Numbered from the stretch's first letter, positions 17,401 to 27,752 are shown. The stretch is 32,000 bases of DNA from Promethearchaeota archaeon (GCA_027031765.1 JALVPN010000217.1:27719-59718); one strand, 5' to 3'. Numbers and translations: made by a program. The notes: generated by a model from the sequence alone, not told the origin.

Positions 17401-18852
17401 ATGAGGCAGACCGTCATGCTGGACGCTCTCGACGGGGTTGAGTCCACGGCCCAGATACAGCTCAGCAAAGACCCCTTTGAGAGGATAGTGGGACAGGACC
17501 ACGCAGTTGTGCTTGTGAAGTCAGCGGTCATGCAGCGTCGACATGTCCTCCTGTGTGGTGTCCCCGGCATTGGAAAGTCGATGCTGGCACAGGCTGCTGC
17601 GACCCTATTGCCCCAGCCCAAGGAGGAGGTTTGCATCCGGCGCAACCCTTCATGTGAAGACAGACCCCTTGTGACCGTCCACAGACGGACTGCCGTTGAG
17701 GCGCCCACACCAGGGCCGATAGATGAGGACACCAGATACGTCAGGCCAGAAGAACTACCAGTTGCAGTCGCCATTAGGATGGGGTACCGCTGCCCCATGT
17801 GCACAGCGCTGTCGAGTCCCGTGCGGGGGAGGTGTACAGCCTGTGGGGCGAGAAAGCGGGCGTCAGTATCGGGCAGTGCAGCGTACCTCCAGTTGTTCAG
17901 GACGCTAGATGTCATGCCAGACCCGGCTGAAGAGAGTGTCACTATTGATGTAGAGGAGGAGGGGTACCATACAAGGGTGACATACGAACACGAGGCTGAC
18001 GGCATGATCAGGGTCACAAGGACCCGCCGGGCGGCACCTGAACCAAGGCAGGCCCCCGCAGACAGGGAAGAGCACATCCTTGTGGCATGGGACACACCAC
18101 GTTTCGTGCGGCTGAGTGGTGCAAGCCCGACGGAGCTCCTGGGGGATGTCAGACACGACCCCTATGGGGGTGTGGAAGGGCTCGGTGTCCCTCCGCACAA
18201 GAGAGTGGTCGCCGGGGCTGTCCACGAGGCACACGAGGGCATCCTCTACATTGACGAGCTGGCCACACTGGGGCCATTGCAGAAGCACCTCCTCACTGCA
18301 ATGCAGGAACGAAAGTATCCTATCGTCGGTAGGAACCCACACAGCGCCGGAGCTGCAGTGAGGGTTGATGATGTGCCATGCGACTTCATTCTGTTCGCGT
18401 CCTGTAACCTTGAGGACCTGCCAAACATTCTACCACCCTTACGCTCACGCATCAGGGGGTACGGGTACGAGGTAATGTTGTCCTCGTGGATGGAGAAGAG
18501 CCCCGAGAGTGCTGGACATCTAGTGAGGTTCATTGCACAGACAATTGCAGAGGACGGACGAATACCGCACATGTCAGTCGATGCAATTGAGGAGGTGCTG
18601 GACGCAGCCGAGAAGATTGCGTACCAGATGGACAGGCAGAGGGACGCGTTCACGCTTAGGCTGAGGGAGTTGGGAGGCATAGTGCGGATTGCTGGTGACG
18701 TGGCCTGCCAAGAGGGGGATGTACTGATACGGGCGTCCCATGTGCGCAGTGCGGTCAAGTTGAACCAGATGATGGGCCAGTTGCCCTCTGCACAGAGGGA
18801 CGGCTTGGACACAAGTGGGAGTCGTGACACCTACGGAGACTATTTCTTCTAG
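17401..18852 (+). CDS. LonB-related AAA+ ATPase with Zn-ribbon insert, lacking the protease domain
   Basis: DPFERIVGQD, Walker A GVPGIGKS, LLGDVRHDPYGG, Walker B ILYIDE, LRSRIRGYG, LRLRELGGIVR. Insert has CPMC...CTAC. The ORF ends soon after the lid region. Confidence 0.85.
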   Translation: MRQTVMLDALDGVESTAQIQLSKDPFERIVGQDHAVVLVKSAVMQRRHVLLCGVPGIGKSMLAQAAATLLPQPKEEVCIRRNPSCEDRPLVTVHRRTAVEAPTPGPIDEDTRYVRPEELPVAVAIRMGYRCPMCTALSSPVRGRCTACGARKRASVSGSAAYLQLFRTLDVMPDPAEESVTIDVEEEGYHTRVTYEHEADGMIRVTRTRRAAPEPRQAPADREEHILVAWDTPRFVRLSGASPTELLGDVRHDPYGGVEGLGVPPHKRVVAGAVHEAHEGILYIDELATLGPLQKHLLTAMQERKYPIVGRNPHSAGAAVRVDDVPCDFILFASCNLEDLPNILPPLRSRIRGYGYEVMLSSWMEKSPESAGHLVRFIAQTIAEDGRIPHMSVDAIEEVLDAAEKIAYQMDRQRDAFTLRLRELGGIVRIAGDVACQEGDVLIRASHVRSAVKLNQMMGQLPSAQRDGLDTSGSRDTYGDYFF

Positions 18853-18877
18853 CCCCTGCAAGCGGCCATGAGGCACC

Positions 18878-19966
18878 GTGAAAATCCTGAAGCGAGTACC
18901 CAAAGAGGGGAAGATAACAGTCAAGGTTGAGAACCTCGATGACCTGTGGCACCTCTACAACGTAGTGCTACCGGGGGATGTTGTGATAGCACGCACCACC
19001 AGGAGGGTACGGATTGGCAACGAGGACGCTAGGAAGCAGGAGAGCGTGCGCAAGCCAATGACCCTTGTCCTGAGAGTGGAGGATGTCAGTTTTCATAACT
19101 TCAGCAACAGGGTGCGTGTGCAGGGCGTAATCCTTGACGGGCCCACAGACCTAGTGAGCATAGGTTCACACCACACATTCAACATTGAGATTGGCAGCGT
19201 CCTTACGGTAATCAAGGAACAGTGGCCGGACTACATGGTACAGCGACTCCGCGACGCTGAGAAACGGGGTGCGAGCCCGATATGTCTCATTGTCACAATA
19301 GAGGACGGCGTTGCAGAGCTCTTCTTGGCGGCCGACTTCGGTCTCACTCAAGTGGTACGTGTGAGGACAGGGATTTCGAGGAAGCGTGGTGACCAGAAGA
19401 CCTACGAGGCGTCAATAAGAGAGTTCTTCGACGAGGTCACTACTGCCGTGAGGGCCCAGTTGGGCCAGCACGACGCGCAGCTGGTCGTGGTAGCTGGACC
19501 GGGGTTTGTGAAAGAGCACTTTGCAGAACACCTGAAGCGCAGTGGCATCAAGGGGCTCCCACCGGTGGTGGTCGAGCCCACCAGCTCGATTGGGTTGCCT
19601 GGCGCAAAGGAGGTGTTACACAGGGGCGTGATTTCGCAAGCGGTCGCCGAGCTGAAAGTGGAAACTGAAACACGCTTAGTAGAGGAGCTAATTGAACACA
19701 TAGCACGGGACGACGGCCTTGGGGCCTATGGTGACGAAGAGGTCATGAGAGCAGTACAGTTTGGGGCCGTGGAAGACCTGCTCGTCACGGATGTCCGGCT
19801 GAGGAGTGGGGACGAGCAGCAGCGCCGCTGGATGGACACGCTGATACATGGTGCTGAACAGACACGTGGACATGTGCATGTGGTGTCGACCAACCATCCG
19901 GCAGGAGATCAGCTGCAACGACTTGGTGGGATTGGTGCAGTCCTCAGGTTCCCACTGAAGGGCTGA
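18878..19966 (+). CDS. pelA: Pelota/Dom34 ribosome rescue factor
   Basis: ENLDDLWHLY, RVRVQG, HHTFNI, AGPGF, GAVEDLL, QLQRLGGIGAVLRF. GTG start. Confidence 0.96.
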   Translation: MKILKRVPKEGKITVKVENLDDLWHLYNVVLPGDVVIARTTRRVRIGNEDARKQESVRKPMTLVLRVEDVSFHNFSNRVRVQGVILDGPTDLVSIGSHHTFNIEIGSVLTVIKEQWPDYMVQRLRDAEKRGASPICLIVTIEDGVAELFLAADFGLTQVVRVRTGISRKRGDQKTYEASIREFFDEVTTAVRAQLGQHDAQLVVVAGPGFVKEHFAEHLKRSGIKGLPPVVVEPTSSIGLPGAKEVLHRGVISQAVAELKVETETRLVEELIEHIARDDGLGAYGDEEVMRAVQFGAVEDLLVTDVRLRSGDEQQRRWMDTLIHGAEQTRGHVHVVSTNHPAGDQLQRLGGIGAVLRFPLKG

Positions 19967-19974
19967 ACCACAGC

Positions 19975-21099
19975 TTACAATGGGTCGAACATTGTCTGGA
20001 GGCGGTCCCAAGATGGATACTCGTATGCGATGCCAATCTCAAGGGCGGGGGTGTCAGGGAAGACTATGCGGAGCTCGTCAGCAATCTCCATGAGAATCCA
20101 AGGTGCAATCTCAATCCGCCGGCGGCCATAGTCCACATTCATCATGTCTGGTGGCACATCGAAGTCATCAACGAGCACCCTGTAGAGCATGTCGAGGGTG
20201 TCCGTTGAGAGGGCCGAGCCATGTGGTGCCCGGACTATTCCAATGATTAGCAGTGGTTCAGAGCTGTCCCGTTCCTCAAATGGGCGGATGGTATTGTTCA
20301 GGCGCCGTTCGAGCCTGTTACGGATCTGTACAGTATCCTTGAACCGTGCTGAACAGTAGTGTACCGACAGCGATAGATGTCCGGCAGCCCACTGCACTAC
20401 TTCATGTGCAGCCTCAGCACTGCCAGCAATACTACTGCTCGATAGGTCTGTGAGACGGTATCCCCGGCCCACAAGGTTCTGGAAGTTGGTCTCACTCGCC
20501 TCAAGTTCGTTGATGTTGATGAACCCCACACCAATCTGCTCAGCCCTGATGGCCAGCTGTCGCAGGCGTGGGGCGGACTGTGGGAGTGCCGGCACTTCAA
20601 GGCCAACATCGAGGCCGGCCCTGAGAGCAGTGCGGACAGCACGCCAGTCTGTCGTCTGTGGGTGGAACCGGATCTCGTCAAGCCCGGCAGCTGCCAGTGC
20701 TTGGACTACGGACTCATCGGCGTCCGTCTGGCTTGTATAGAGGTGGACATGGAACTCGGGCCCAAAACGGGACTTCAATAGTTGGATGTAGTGTATGGTG
20801 CGATCCAGTGAGCACAGCGGGTCACCGCCGCTGATGCCTACACCCTCTGCCCCGATTGCCTCGGCCTCATAGACCACATCTGTATCGGACACGACGGGCA
20901 TCTCGTCGGCGAATATCACATCTTGGTGGGCACGGTCGTTCGAGAGAGGGCAGTAGAAGCAGTTGCTCTCACACACTCCCGTAACAAACAGTACCATCTT
21001 CGACCCGCGTCCGCACAGTTCGCAGCCGCGGGGAAGGCGTCCACAGAGTAGCGAGCCGCCAGCGAGCTCCTGTACTTCTCGACCGGGCGGCAATGTCAA
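19975..21099 (-). CDS. Uncharacterised radical SAM protein (COG2108-like)
   Basis: LPRGCELC, CESNCFYC (CxxxCxxC), GISGGDPL, LDEIRFHP, FININELE, VHYC. Confidence 0.88.
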   Translation of the reverse strand: MTLPPGREVQELAGGSLLCGRLPRGCELCGRGSKMVLFVTGVCESNCFYCPLSNDRAHQDVIFADEMPVVSDTDVVYEAEAIGAEGVGISGGDPLCSLDRTIHYIQLLKSRFGPEFHVHLYTSQTDADESVVQALAAAGLDEIRFHPQTTDWRAVRTALRAGLDVGLEVPALPQSAPRLRQLAIRAEQIGVGFININELEASETNFQNLVGRGYRLTDLSSSSIAGSAEAAHEVVQWAAGHLSLSVHYCSARFKDTVQIRNRLERRLNNTIRPFEERDSSEPLLIIGIVRAPHGSALSTDTLDMLYRVLVDDFDVPPDMMNVDYGRRRIEIAPWILMEIADELRIVFPDTPALEIGIAYEYPSWDRLQTMFDPL

Positions 21100-21800
21100 C
21101 GCCTCCGTCGGATTGTCCTGCGCACTGCGGGGTCGCGGTCTTCAATCATCCTGACCACAGCCTCGAAGCTGGAGTCGGGGGGCACCGGTCTTGTGAGGTA
21201 GACTCCAGTACGGCCCAGCTCATCACGTCGGAGGAGGACACGCACACGTTCATGTGCAATATCAGGACTCACACCCAAGAGGTCAGCCACCTCGGCCTCG
21301 TGCCCAAGCACACTGGACTCGACGTGTCCGACATCGGTGGGCTCAATCAGCAGCAGGTGTTTGTCAACACCGGGGACTCGCTTGCCTTCGCGGAGCCCGT
21401 CAAGGTCGAGCTGACCGCCCCATGTGTAGAACTCCATCTCCCGTGGTCGCATCTTGAAGAGTGGGAACGATACGACAACACTGTCCTCCAAGTAGATGTG
21501 GCCCTTCAACACCATGGACGGAGTCGCCTGGACGATTTCACGCCGGAGTATGGGGTCAAGAGCGATTTCCAGTCGGTAGCTCGAGATCGGGCGGAGCACC
21601 ACAATGTCAATGTCCGAGGCAGGCCGTACGTCGCCCCTTGCAACCGACCCGTACACGACCGAGGAGATACCGTGGGCCTTGAGCCGGGACATCACATCGA
21701 CGGCCCGGGCCCTGAGTTGAGCGAGCAGCCGCCATCGCTGCGGGTCATATGTAATAGTCCTGGGCTCACGGAGATGTTCGGGACGTGTAGCCAACTCCAA
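21096..21800 (-). CDS. Predicted nucleotidyltransferase (COG2413-like)
   Basis: VYGSVARGDVRPASDIDI Pol-beta NTase motif; RVPGVDKHL; GRTGV. Confidence 0.85.
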   Translation of the reverse strand: MELATRPEHLREPRTITYDPQRWRLLAQLRARAVDVMSRLKAHGISSVVYGSVARGDVRPASDIDIVVLRPISSYRLEIALDPILRREIVQATPSMVLKGHIYLEDSVVVSFPLFKMRPREMEFYTWGGQLDLDGLREGKRVPGVDKHLLLIEPTDVGHVESSVLGHEAEVADLLGVSPDIAHERVRVLLRRDELGRTGVYLTRPVPPDSSFEAVVRMIEDRDPAVRRTIRRRR

Positions 21801-22730
21801 TCACCAGCTCCTGATACTATCGAGGATTGAACATACCTTGCACACACTGACGGAGGTCGGCGCACCACAACGTTCGCACCGGAGGACAGACATGTTTGGC
21901 GATGATGCATTGAGCGCAGCCGCAATGGACTCGGCCGAGTGGAGGACTGCAAGCATGGTCCCAGGGTGCCGGTGCTCCATATGGTTCAGGAAACGACGGA
22001 CATCTGAGCGGTATGCCTCAGCCGCGTATGGACACGGGAAGGAGTGGTACGATAGAGAGAGGTGGTGTGCATATGCCACAACATCACGCTCTGACAGCTC
22101 CATGATTGGCTTCACACGTGATACCAAACCCGGGACTGGCCGTGAGCGCGGACGGTAGTTCCGAGCTATGCGATAGGGGTCTCCACGTAACAGGTTCATG
22201 AGGACTGTCTGTGTCTCATCGTCCATGATGTGTCCGGTGGCCACGACATCAGCCTGCAGGACAGTTGCAGCGTGGTTCATTGCACGCCGTCGCAGCACTC
22301 CACAGTAAGAGCATGCGCCAAGTGCATGTGGAGGCCGGCGGGCCACCAAAGTGTCAAGTGTGATGCCGAAGAGCTCCTCAAATGAGAACACCCTGAGGGT
22401 GAGGCCGTGACCCATGACAAGGGCCTTGGCACAGTCAATCGCAGCATCACGATAGCCACGTATGCCTTCATCAACTGTGAAGGGCACCAGTTCTGCACGG
22501 GGGAACTTTTCCTCGATACGGCACAGCACATCAAGGAGGACAGCACTGTCCTTCCCTCCGGAAACCGCCACTGCAATGCGGTCATCTGGCCTGAGCATCC
22601 TGTGCCGGTTGATGGTACGGCGTACCCTATTGAGCGTAGTCGACACGAGGCAGCTGACACAGAGACGTTCGGATGTGTAGCGTCGTAGGTATACAGCTGG
22701 AGCGCCACACCTAGTGCAGTGTGGGGTCAT
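21801..22730 (-). CDS. ttuA: tRNA 2-thiolation protein TtuA/NcsA (PP-loop)
   Basis: N-terminal CTRC/CVSC, SGGKDS PP-loop, CSYCGVLRR, ATGHxxDD, CPY, C-terminal CERC/CKVC. Start set at ATG 22730. Confidence 0.9.
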   Translation of the reverse strand: MTPHCTRCGAPAVYLRRYTSERLCVSCLVSTTLNRVRRTINRHRMLRPDDRIAVAVSGGKDSAVLLDVLCRIEEKFPRAELVPFTVDEGIRGYRDAAIDCAKALVMGHGLTLRVFSFEELFGITLDTLVARRPPHALGACSYCGVLRRRAMNHAATVLQADVVATGHIMDDETQTVLMNLLRGDPYRIARNYRPRSRPVPGLVSRVKPIMELSERDVVAYAHHLSLSYHSFPCPYAAEAYRSDVRRFLNHMEHRHPGTMLAVLHSAESIAAALNASSPNMSVLRCERCGAPTSVSVCKVCSILDSIRSW

Positions 22731-22787
22731 GTGTTGCACGGTGGTCGCACAGGAAACTGTGTAGTTAAGACTTCGGTTAGGCGGCAC

Positions 22788-23957
22788 CTATGCAATACCT
22801 TTACCCATGAGGAATGACAGCAGGACATTCAACACAATGATGAGGACAGCCGCAGTCCTTGCGGCCCACTGCAATGCACGCACGACCTGTTCATTATCTG
22901 TGGCCATGCGTAGAGCATCCAACAGGAGCCGGTCGCCGTCAAGTGCGGGGATTGGTAGCAGGTTTAGGAGCGCCACGGAAATCAGTATCAGGAAGACCCA
23001 GCTGAGTGTCCGGCCCAAGTGAAACACGAACATGGGGCCACCGGGAACCCACTCCCATCCTGGTCGTGGGGTCCAATAGTCAGCACCATAAATCCCAATA
23101 TATCCTCGTGATGCGTTCGCGGGACTTGCAGCCAAGGTTATGTTGAACGACCCGCGCAGAGTATGTACTGTCAGTGATGCACCGGCGGGTGCTGAGTACA
23201 TGAACCGTCCTACATCAGCCCAGTTTTCAATTGTGGTGTCGTTCAGACCCACTATGACATCCCCGACTTGCAGTGTGTGGGATGCGGGGGTGTCTGCAGC
23301 TATGTCGTATATGTATGCACCGCCCGGCGGTACGAAACCAATTGACATTAGGGCCCCAAAGTTCAGGAGCAGTAGGAAGACGAAACCGCCCCATATCAGG
23401 TTCGAGAACGACCCTGCTGCAAGCACGCGCATGCGTTGTTGCGGAGAGGATGACTTCTCGAACACTTCGTCGTCGGTTTCGACAAAGCCGCCGAACAGCA
23501 CGAGAAAGAACACCAGCCCGGAGCTCTTGATGGGGATGCCATCGCAGGCGGCTGCAAGGCCGTGAGCGAACTCGTGGGTCAGGAGGGTGATTGCAAGGCC
23601 AACGGCCATGTATACAAGTTGCAGGCCGCTGATTGTCACGCCAGGGACGATGGGTACGACGCCCCCTGCTTGTTCCGGCCTGAAGAAGAACCACACCAGG
23701 TTCTGACCGAACAACCAGAAGCCAGCAATCATCCCACCAAATGCCACAACCACACCGGCACTGAAGAAAGCACGTGGAAACCTCTGGCCGAGCCGGGTAA
23801 GGAAGTCGTTCAGGCGTGCTGTCTTGACCATCAGGAAGAATGGGGTGCCGGCCTCGATGCCGCGTTCTTTCAGTCGGTCAATGCCAACCGCCTGTGCAAT
23901 GAAGTATATCAGCAGGTACAGTACGGCAACGAGTACGAGGACAGTGATGGGATCCAT
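22788..23957 (-). CDS. Site-2 protease (M50) with PDZ domain
   Basis: HEFAH, AAGSFSN, NLLPIPALDG, several hydrophobic segments, PDZ-like GDVIVGLN. Start set at ATG 23957. Confidence 0.93.
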   Translation of the reverse strand: MDPITVLVLVAVLYLLIYFIAQAVGIDRLKERGIEAGTPFFLMVKTARLNDFLTRLGQRFPRAFFSAGVVVAFGGMIAGFWLFGQNLVWFFFRPEQAGGVVPIVPGVTISGLQLVYMAVGLAITLLTHEFAHGLAAACDGIPIKSSGLVFFLVLFGGFVETDDEVFEKSSSPQQRMRVLAAGSFSNLIWGGFVFLLLLNFGALMSIGFVPPGGAYIYDIAADTPASHTLQVGDVIVGLNDTTIENWADVGRFMYSAPAGASLTVHTLRGSFNITLAASPANASRGYIGIYGADYWTPRPGWEWVPGGPMFVFHLGRTLSWVFLILISVALLNLLPIPALDGDRLLLDALRMATDNEQVVRALQWAARTAAVLIIVLNVLLSFLMGKGIA

Positions 23958-24195
23958 AACATGGCACTTCCACGGGCGTCTGGCGCTCACACTGCTGCGA
24001 TGTTATAATGGTTACGCAAAGGGCGTGCGGGCTTGTTGACACGACAAAGAGAGGGATGTGAGGTGTTGAGTGATAGACCAGGCATGACAGCATCCCATCA
24101 GATAACGTACCACAAGCCTCATAAAGTGACCATTATTGCTACGGGGCGGCCGATATCCGAGTGAGATTGATGGCTCGTAAGGTAGGCGATGTTAG

Positions 24196-24579
24196 TTGCC
24201 GTACAAACTCTCAATATCAGACCCTGACACAGGAAAGGCGGTTCAGTACGAGCTAGATGATACCAAGACAAATGCGTTGATGGGCCGGACTGTAGGGGAC
24301 ATTGTAGAGGGGGACATCATTGGTCTCCCAGGGTATAGACTGAAGATTACCGGGGGGAGTGATAGTTCGGGGTTCCCGATAAGGCCGGACGTACATGGTA
24401 GCGGAAAGAAGCGTATACTCATGCGTGGGCCCCCGGGATACCGCCCAAGGCGCAAGGGAGTTGCGCGCCGCAAGATGGTCAGGGGCAGGGAGTTGGGGTC
24501 GGACATTGTCCAGGTCAACATGAAAATAGTAGAGAGGGGCAGCACGCCAATTGAAGACCTCATCATGAAGGCAGCGTAG
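24196..24579 (+). CDS. rps6e: 30S ribosomal protein S6e
   Basis: KLSISDP, LKITGGSDSSGFP, RKMVRG, QVNMKI. TTG start. Confidence 0.95.
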   Translation: MPYKLSISDPDTGKAVQYELDDTKTNALMGRTVGDIVEGDIIGLPGYRLKITGGSDSSGFPIRPDVHGSGKKRILMRGPPGYRPRRKGVARRKMVRGRELGSDIVQVNMKIVERGSTPIEDLIMKAA

Positions 24580-24649
24580 GGTTCATATGGGCGCTGTCGG
24601 TGGATGGCGTGATACACACCCGACGAAACCCCGCGGAAGTGAGGAATAG

Positions 24650-25891
24650 GTGAGCCCAAAGTACGAAGGACAGTCAGAAGTCAGCATTGGAACACTGGGA
24701 CACGTTGACCACGGCAAGACAACGCTGGTGGAGTATCTTACAGGAGAATGGACTGACCGGCACTCCGATGAGGTGCGGAGAGGGATATCAATTCGTCTGG
24801 GATATGCTGCAACTACCATTTTGAAGTGCAGGTCGTGTCCCGAGCCAGAGGCATACACGACGTCGCACCTCGCAAAGGACGGCAGGTGCCCGAGGTGTGG
24901 TGGAGAGCTGGAGAAGTTGCGGGAGGTGTCCTTCGTAGACAGTCCGGGCCACGAGTCGCTTATGGCCACCTGCCTCAGTGGTGCCAGCCTGATGGACGGG
25001 GCAATCCTCGTAGTCGCGGCCAACGAGCGCTGCCCAATGCCCCAGACATCCGAGCACCTGCGGGCCCTTGAGATAGTCGGGGTGAAGAACATCATCATTG
25101 TCCAGAACAAAATCGAGCTGGTAAGTCCAGAGAGGGCCCGGGAGCACTATCAGGAGATAAGGGAGTTCATCAAAGGGACTGCAGCAGAGGGTGCACCAAT
25201 AATACCGGTCTCGGCGGTCTTTGGTGCAAACATAGACCTGTTGATTCAAAAGATAGAGGAAATCATACCGACGCCAGAGAGAGATGCAGATGCCCCACCC
25301 AAGATGTTCGTGGCACGCTCTTTTGACATAAACAAGCCTGGAACCCCACCACAAGAACTGAAGGGCGGAGTTATCGGCGGGTCCATAGTTCAGGGCAGAC
25401 TCAGGGTTGGCGATGAAATCGAGATTGCGCCGGGTTTCAAGACGAGCAAAGGGTTCAAGCCCATTCGGGCGAAGATAGTAAGCTTGGTCTCGGGCAGTGG
25501 GAACCGGTTACAAGAGGCATACCCCGGGGGACTCATAGGTGTGGGCACGGCGCTTGACCCGGCGTATACACGGGCAGACAGACTGGTCGGGAATGTCGTT
25601 GGAAGGGTCGGGAAGATGCCAAAGACGATGCACAAACTCATGTTCAGACCAGTCCTCATGGAACGCGTTGTTGGGATGGAAACGAAGAAAGAGGTGGAGA
25701 ACCTCAGACTCAAGGAGCCACTTATGCTGGTGGTAGGCACTGCAGCCACAGTCGGGATAATCACAAGACTACATGGCGACGAGATTGAACTCACACTGAA
25801 ACGTCCGGTCGCCGCTGAGAAGGGGCAGCGGGTTGCAATTGGGAGGCGTGTCGAGAACAAGTGGCGACTGATTGGATATGCAGAGATATGA
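24650..25891 (+). CDS. eif2g: Translation initiation factor aIF2 gamma
   Basis: [17 protein letters not shown], Zn-knuckle, [25 protein letters not shown]. Confidence 0.97.
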   Translation: MSPKYEGQSEVSIGTLGHVDHGKTTLVEYLTGEWTDRHSDEVRRGISIRLGYAATTILKCRSCPEPEAYTTSHLAKDGRCPRCGGELEKLREVSFVDSPGHESLMATCLSGASLMDGAILVVAANERCPMPQTSEHLRALEIVGVKNIIIVQNKIELVSPERAREHYQEIREFIKGTAAEGAPIIPVSAVFGANIDLLIQKIEEIIPTPERDADAPPKMFVARSFDINKPGTPPQELKGGVIGGSIVQGRLRVGDEIEIAPGFKTSKGFKPIRAKIVSLVSGSGNRLQEAYPGGLIGVGTALDPAYTRADRLVGNVVGRVGKMPKTMHKLMFRPVLMERVVGMETKKEVENLRLKEPLMLVVGTAATVGIITRLHGDEIELTLKRPVAAEKGQRVAIGRRVENKWRLIGYAEI

Positions 25892-25927
25892 CCACACCAA
25901 CATGTGGATGGCGGCATGTGATGGGCA

Positions 25928-26329
25928 TTGCCATTGGCAGTCGTTGTAGACACTAACTTTCTGCTGGTGCCTGCACAGTTTGGCATTGACATCTTCGAAG
26001 AGGCCGAACGGGTTCTGGAGCGCCGGATTGAGATGATAGTAATTCCAGCGGTGGTGCGCGAGGTGACACGGGGACTGAGAGAGGCACCCAGCACGACTGT
26101 GAAACGTCACTTCCGCATCGCGCAGGGCCTGTTGAGCAGGTGCACTCTGATAACACATGAGCCCCCAGGGAGTACGACAGACGAGCAGGTGCTCAACCTT
26201 GCGCGGTCTACAGGGGGTGTACTCGCCACCAATGACCGCGCGTTACGTGTACGGGCACGTCATCATGGGGTACCGGTGCTATACATGCGTTCAAGGAAAC
26301 ACCTCGCACTTGATGGTGATGTCGTGTAA
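25928..26329 (+). CDS. PIN-domain protein (Fcf1/Utp24-like, COG1412)
   Basis: VVVDTNFL, TDE, LATND, VPVLYMR; conserved position after eIF2g. Confidence 0.9.
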   Translation: MPLAVVVDTNFLLVPAQFGIDIFEEAERVLERRIEMIVIPAVVREVTRGLREAPSTTVKRHFRIAQGLLSRCTLITHEPPGSTTDEQVLNLARSTGGVLATNDRALRVRARHHGVPVLYMRSRKHLALDGDVV

Positions 26330-26596
26330 CTGTCACAACCCGACAGGTGGGGCATGCAGTGGCGTGGATCCCGGTCGGGTGTTTGGTGGGCCACACGAGT
26401 GTGTCTGTCCGGCAGGGCGAATTGGACTTCTTGCCAAAACGCTCCACCAGTGTGGCATGCATGTGACCCCTGACGATAGAGGAACCTTTTTATTGTGACC
26501 AAAGGAACGGGCCCTGAGCCGTCAGGTTCAGACCTGGGAGCCCCTAGTGTCTGATTGTTCTAGATGCTTGTTGTACGAGTAGAGGAGCCCTTCATA

Positions 26597-27166
26597 ATGT
26601 ACAGCATCGTCACTGTGCGGGACAAAGTACGAATCCCCCCTCGGGACTTTGGGAAACCAATCAGAGAGTCAGCACTACAGTACTTGAGGAAGACAAGCGA
26701 GAATGTACTCGACCGTGACATCGGCCTGATGATTGCAGTGATTGATATTGAGGACATAGGGCCCGGAAAACTGATACCCGGGGACGGGGCCACATACCAC
26801 TCAGTTGTGTACAAGGTGCTTGCATTCAAGCCAATACGTGGCGAGGTGGTCGAGGGGAGTGTTGTCGAGATAATGGACTTTGGAGCCTTTGTGAGAGTGG
26901 GACCTCTTGACGGCCTGTGTCATGTTTCACAGATCTGTGACGACTTTATTACGCAGGACCAGAAGGGCAACGCGTTGTTGGGCAAGGAGACCGGCCGGAT
27001 ACTCTCAGAGGGGGACTATGTCCGTGCATGTATTACATCAATTAGCGGCGAGGCCGGGGACCGGTCAGGAGAGCTGGGTCTTCCAATGCGGCAGCGGTTC
27101 CTGGGCAAGACTGGGCCCGACCAGTCCTGGGTCGAGGAGGACCTGAAGCGTGCACGGGGAGAGTAG
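26597..27166 (+). CDS. rpoE1: RNA polymerase subunit Rpo7 (E')
   Basis: DKVRIPP, GDGATY, GEVVEG, FGAFV, DGLCHVSQI. GAGGAG SD before ATG 26597. Confidence 0.94.
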   Translation: MYSIVTVRDKVRIPPRDFGKPIRESALQYLRKTSENVLDRDIGLMIAVIDIEDIGPGKLIPGDGATYHSVVYKVLAFKPIRGEVVEGSVVEIMDFGAFVRVGPLDGLCHVSQICDDFITQDQKGNALLGKETGRILSEGDYVRACITSISGEAGDRSGELGLPMRQRFLGKTGPDQSWVEEDLKRARGE

Positions 27167-27180
27167 GGAGGAGGACGACT

Positions 27181-27393
27181 ATGGCGAAGCTGAAAGCATG
27201 TCGAGAGTGTCACTTCCTGACCACTGAGAACCAGTGTCCTAACTGCAAGAGCACGAACCTGAGCACATCGTTTACGGGGATTGTAGTCATCCTTCCTGGT
27301 CGAGACCCTCACGAAGACCCACGAAAGACCTCATACATCGCTGAGCGGCTCAACATCGACAAGCCCGGCAAGTACGCGCTCAAGGTAAGATAG
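27181..27393 (+). CDS. spt4: Transcription elongation factor Spt4 (RpoE'')
   Basis: KACRECH...CPNC zinc finger, PGKYALKVR. Confidence 0.94.
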   Translation: MAKLKACRECHFLTTENQCPNCKSTNLSTSFTGIVVILPGRDPHEDPRKTSYIAERLNIDKPGKYALKVR

Positions 27394-27752
27394 AAGGGCA
27401 TGAGGCCTCAGCAGAGCAGGCCACTGAGCGACTGCACCGATGGAGGTGCCCCCAGACGGGAAGTGGTAGGGAGAACAGTGCAAACACTTATGCCTCTACC
27501 TGCCCTGCACCGGGGATACGCTGAACGTTGGGGCCTGACATGTCCAGCAGTTGGTCGAGCCTGGCGCCTACGCAGGACATCGAGCTATGCCCGTAAGATT
27601 GATTGGCTGAAAGATTGAGACACCGCAACTGAGAGAGAAACGCCATCCCTGTAGCTGGACAACTGAGCGGAACGTAACTCCTGACCCTAAGCTTTATTAG
27701 ACCACTGCAGGTGGGTCCGCTGACCTGCCTGATACTTGAGCGTGATGCCAAG

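Noticed and set aside
22064-22081. Partial match to the DUF134-region palindrome (TGTGCATATGC)
   Set aside because: It lies inside the ttuA coding sequence (VAYAHH) and matches only about 12/18, so it is probably chance.
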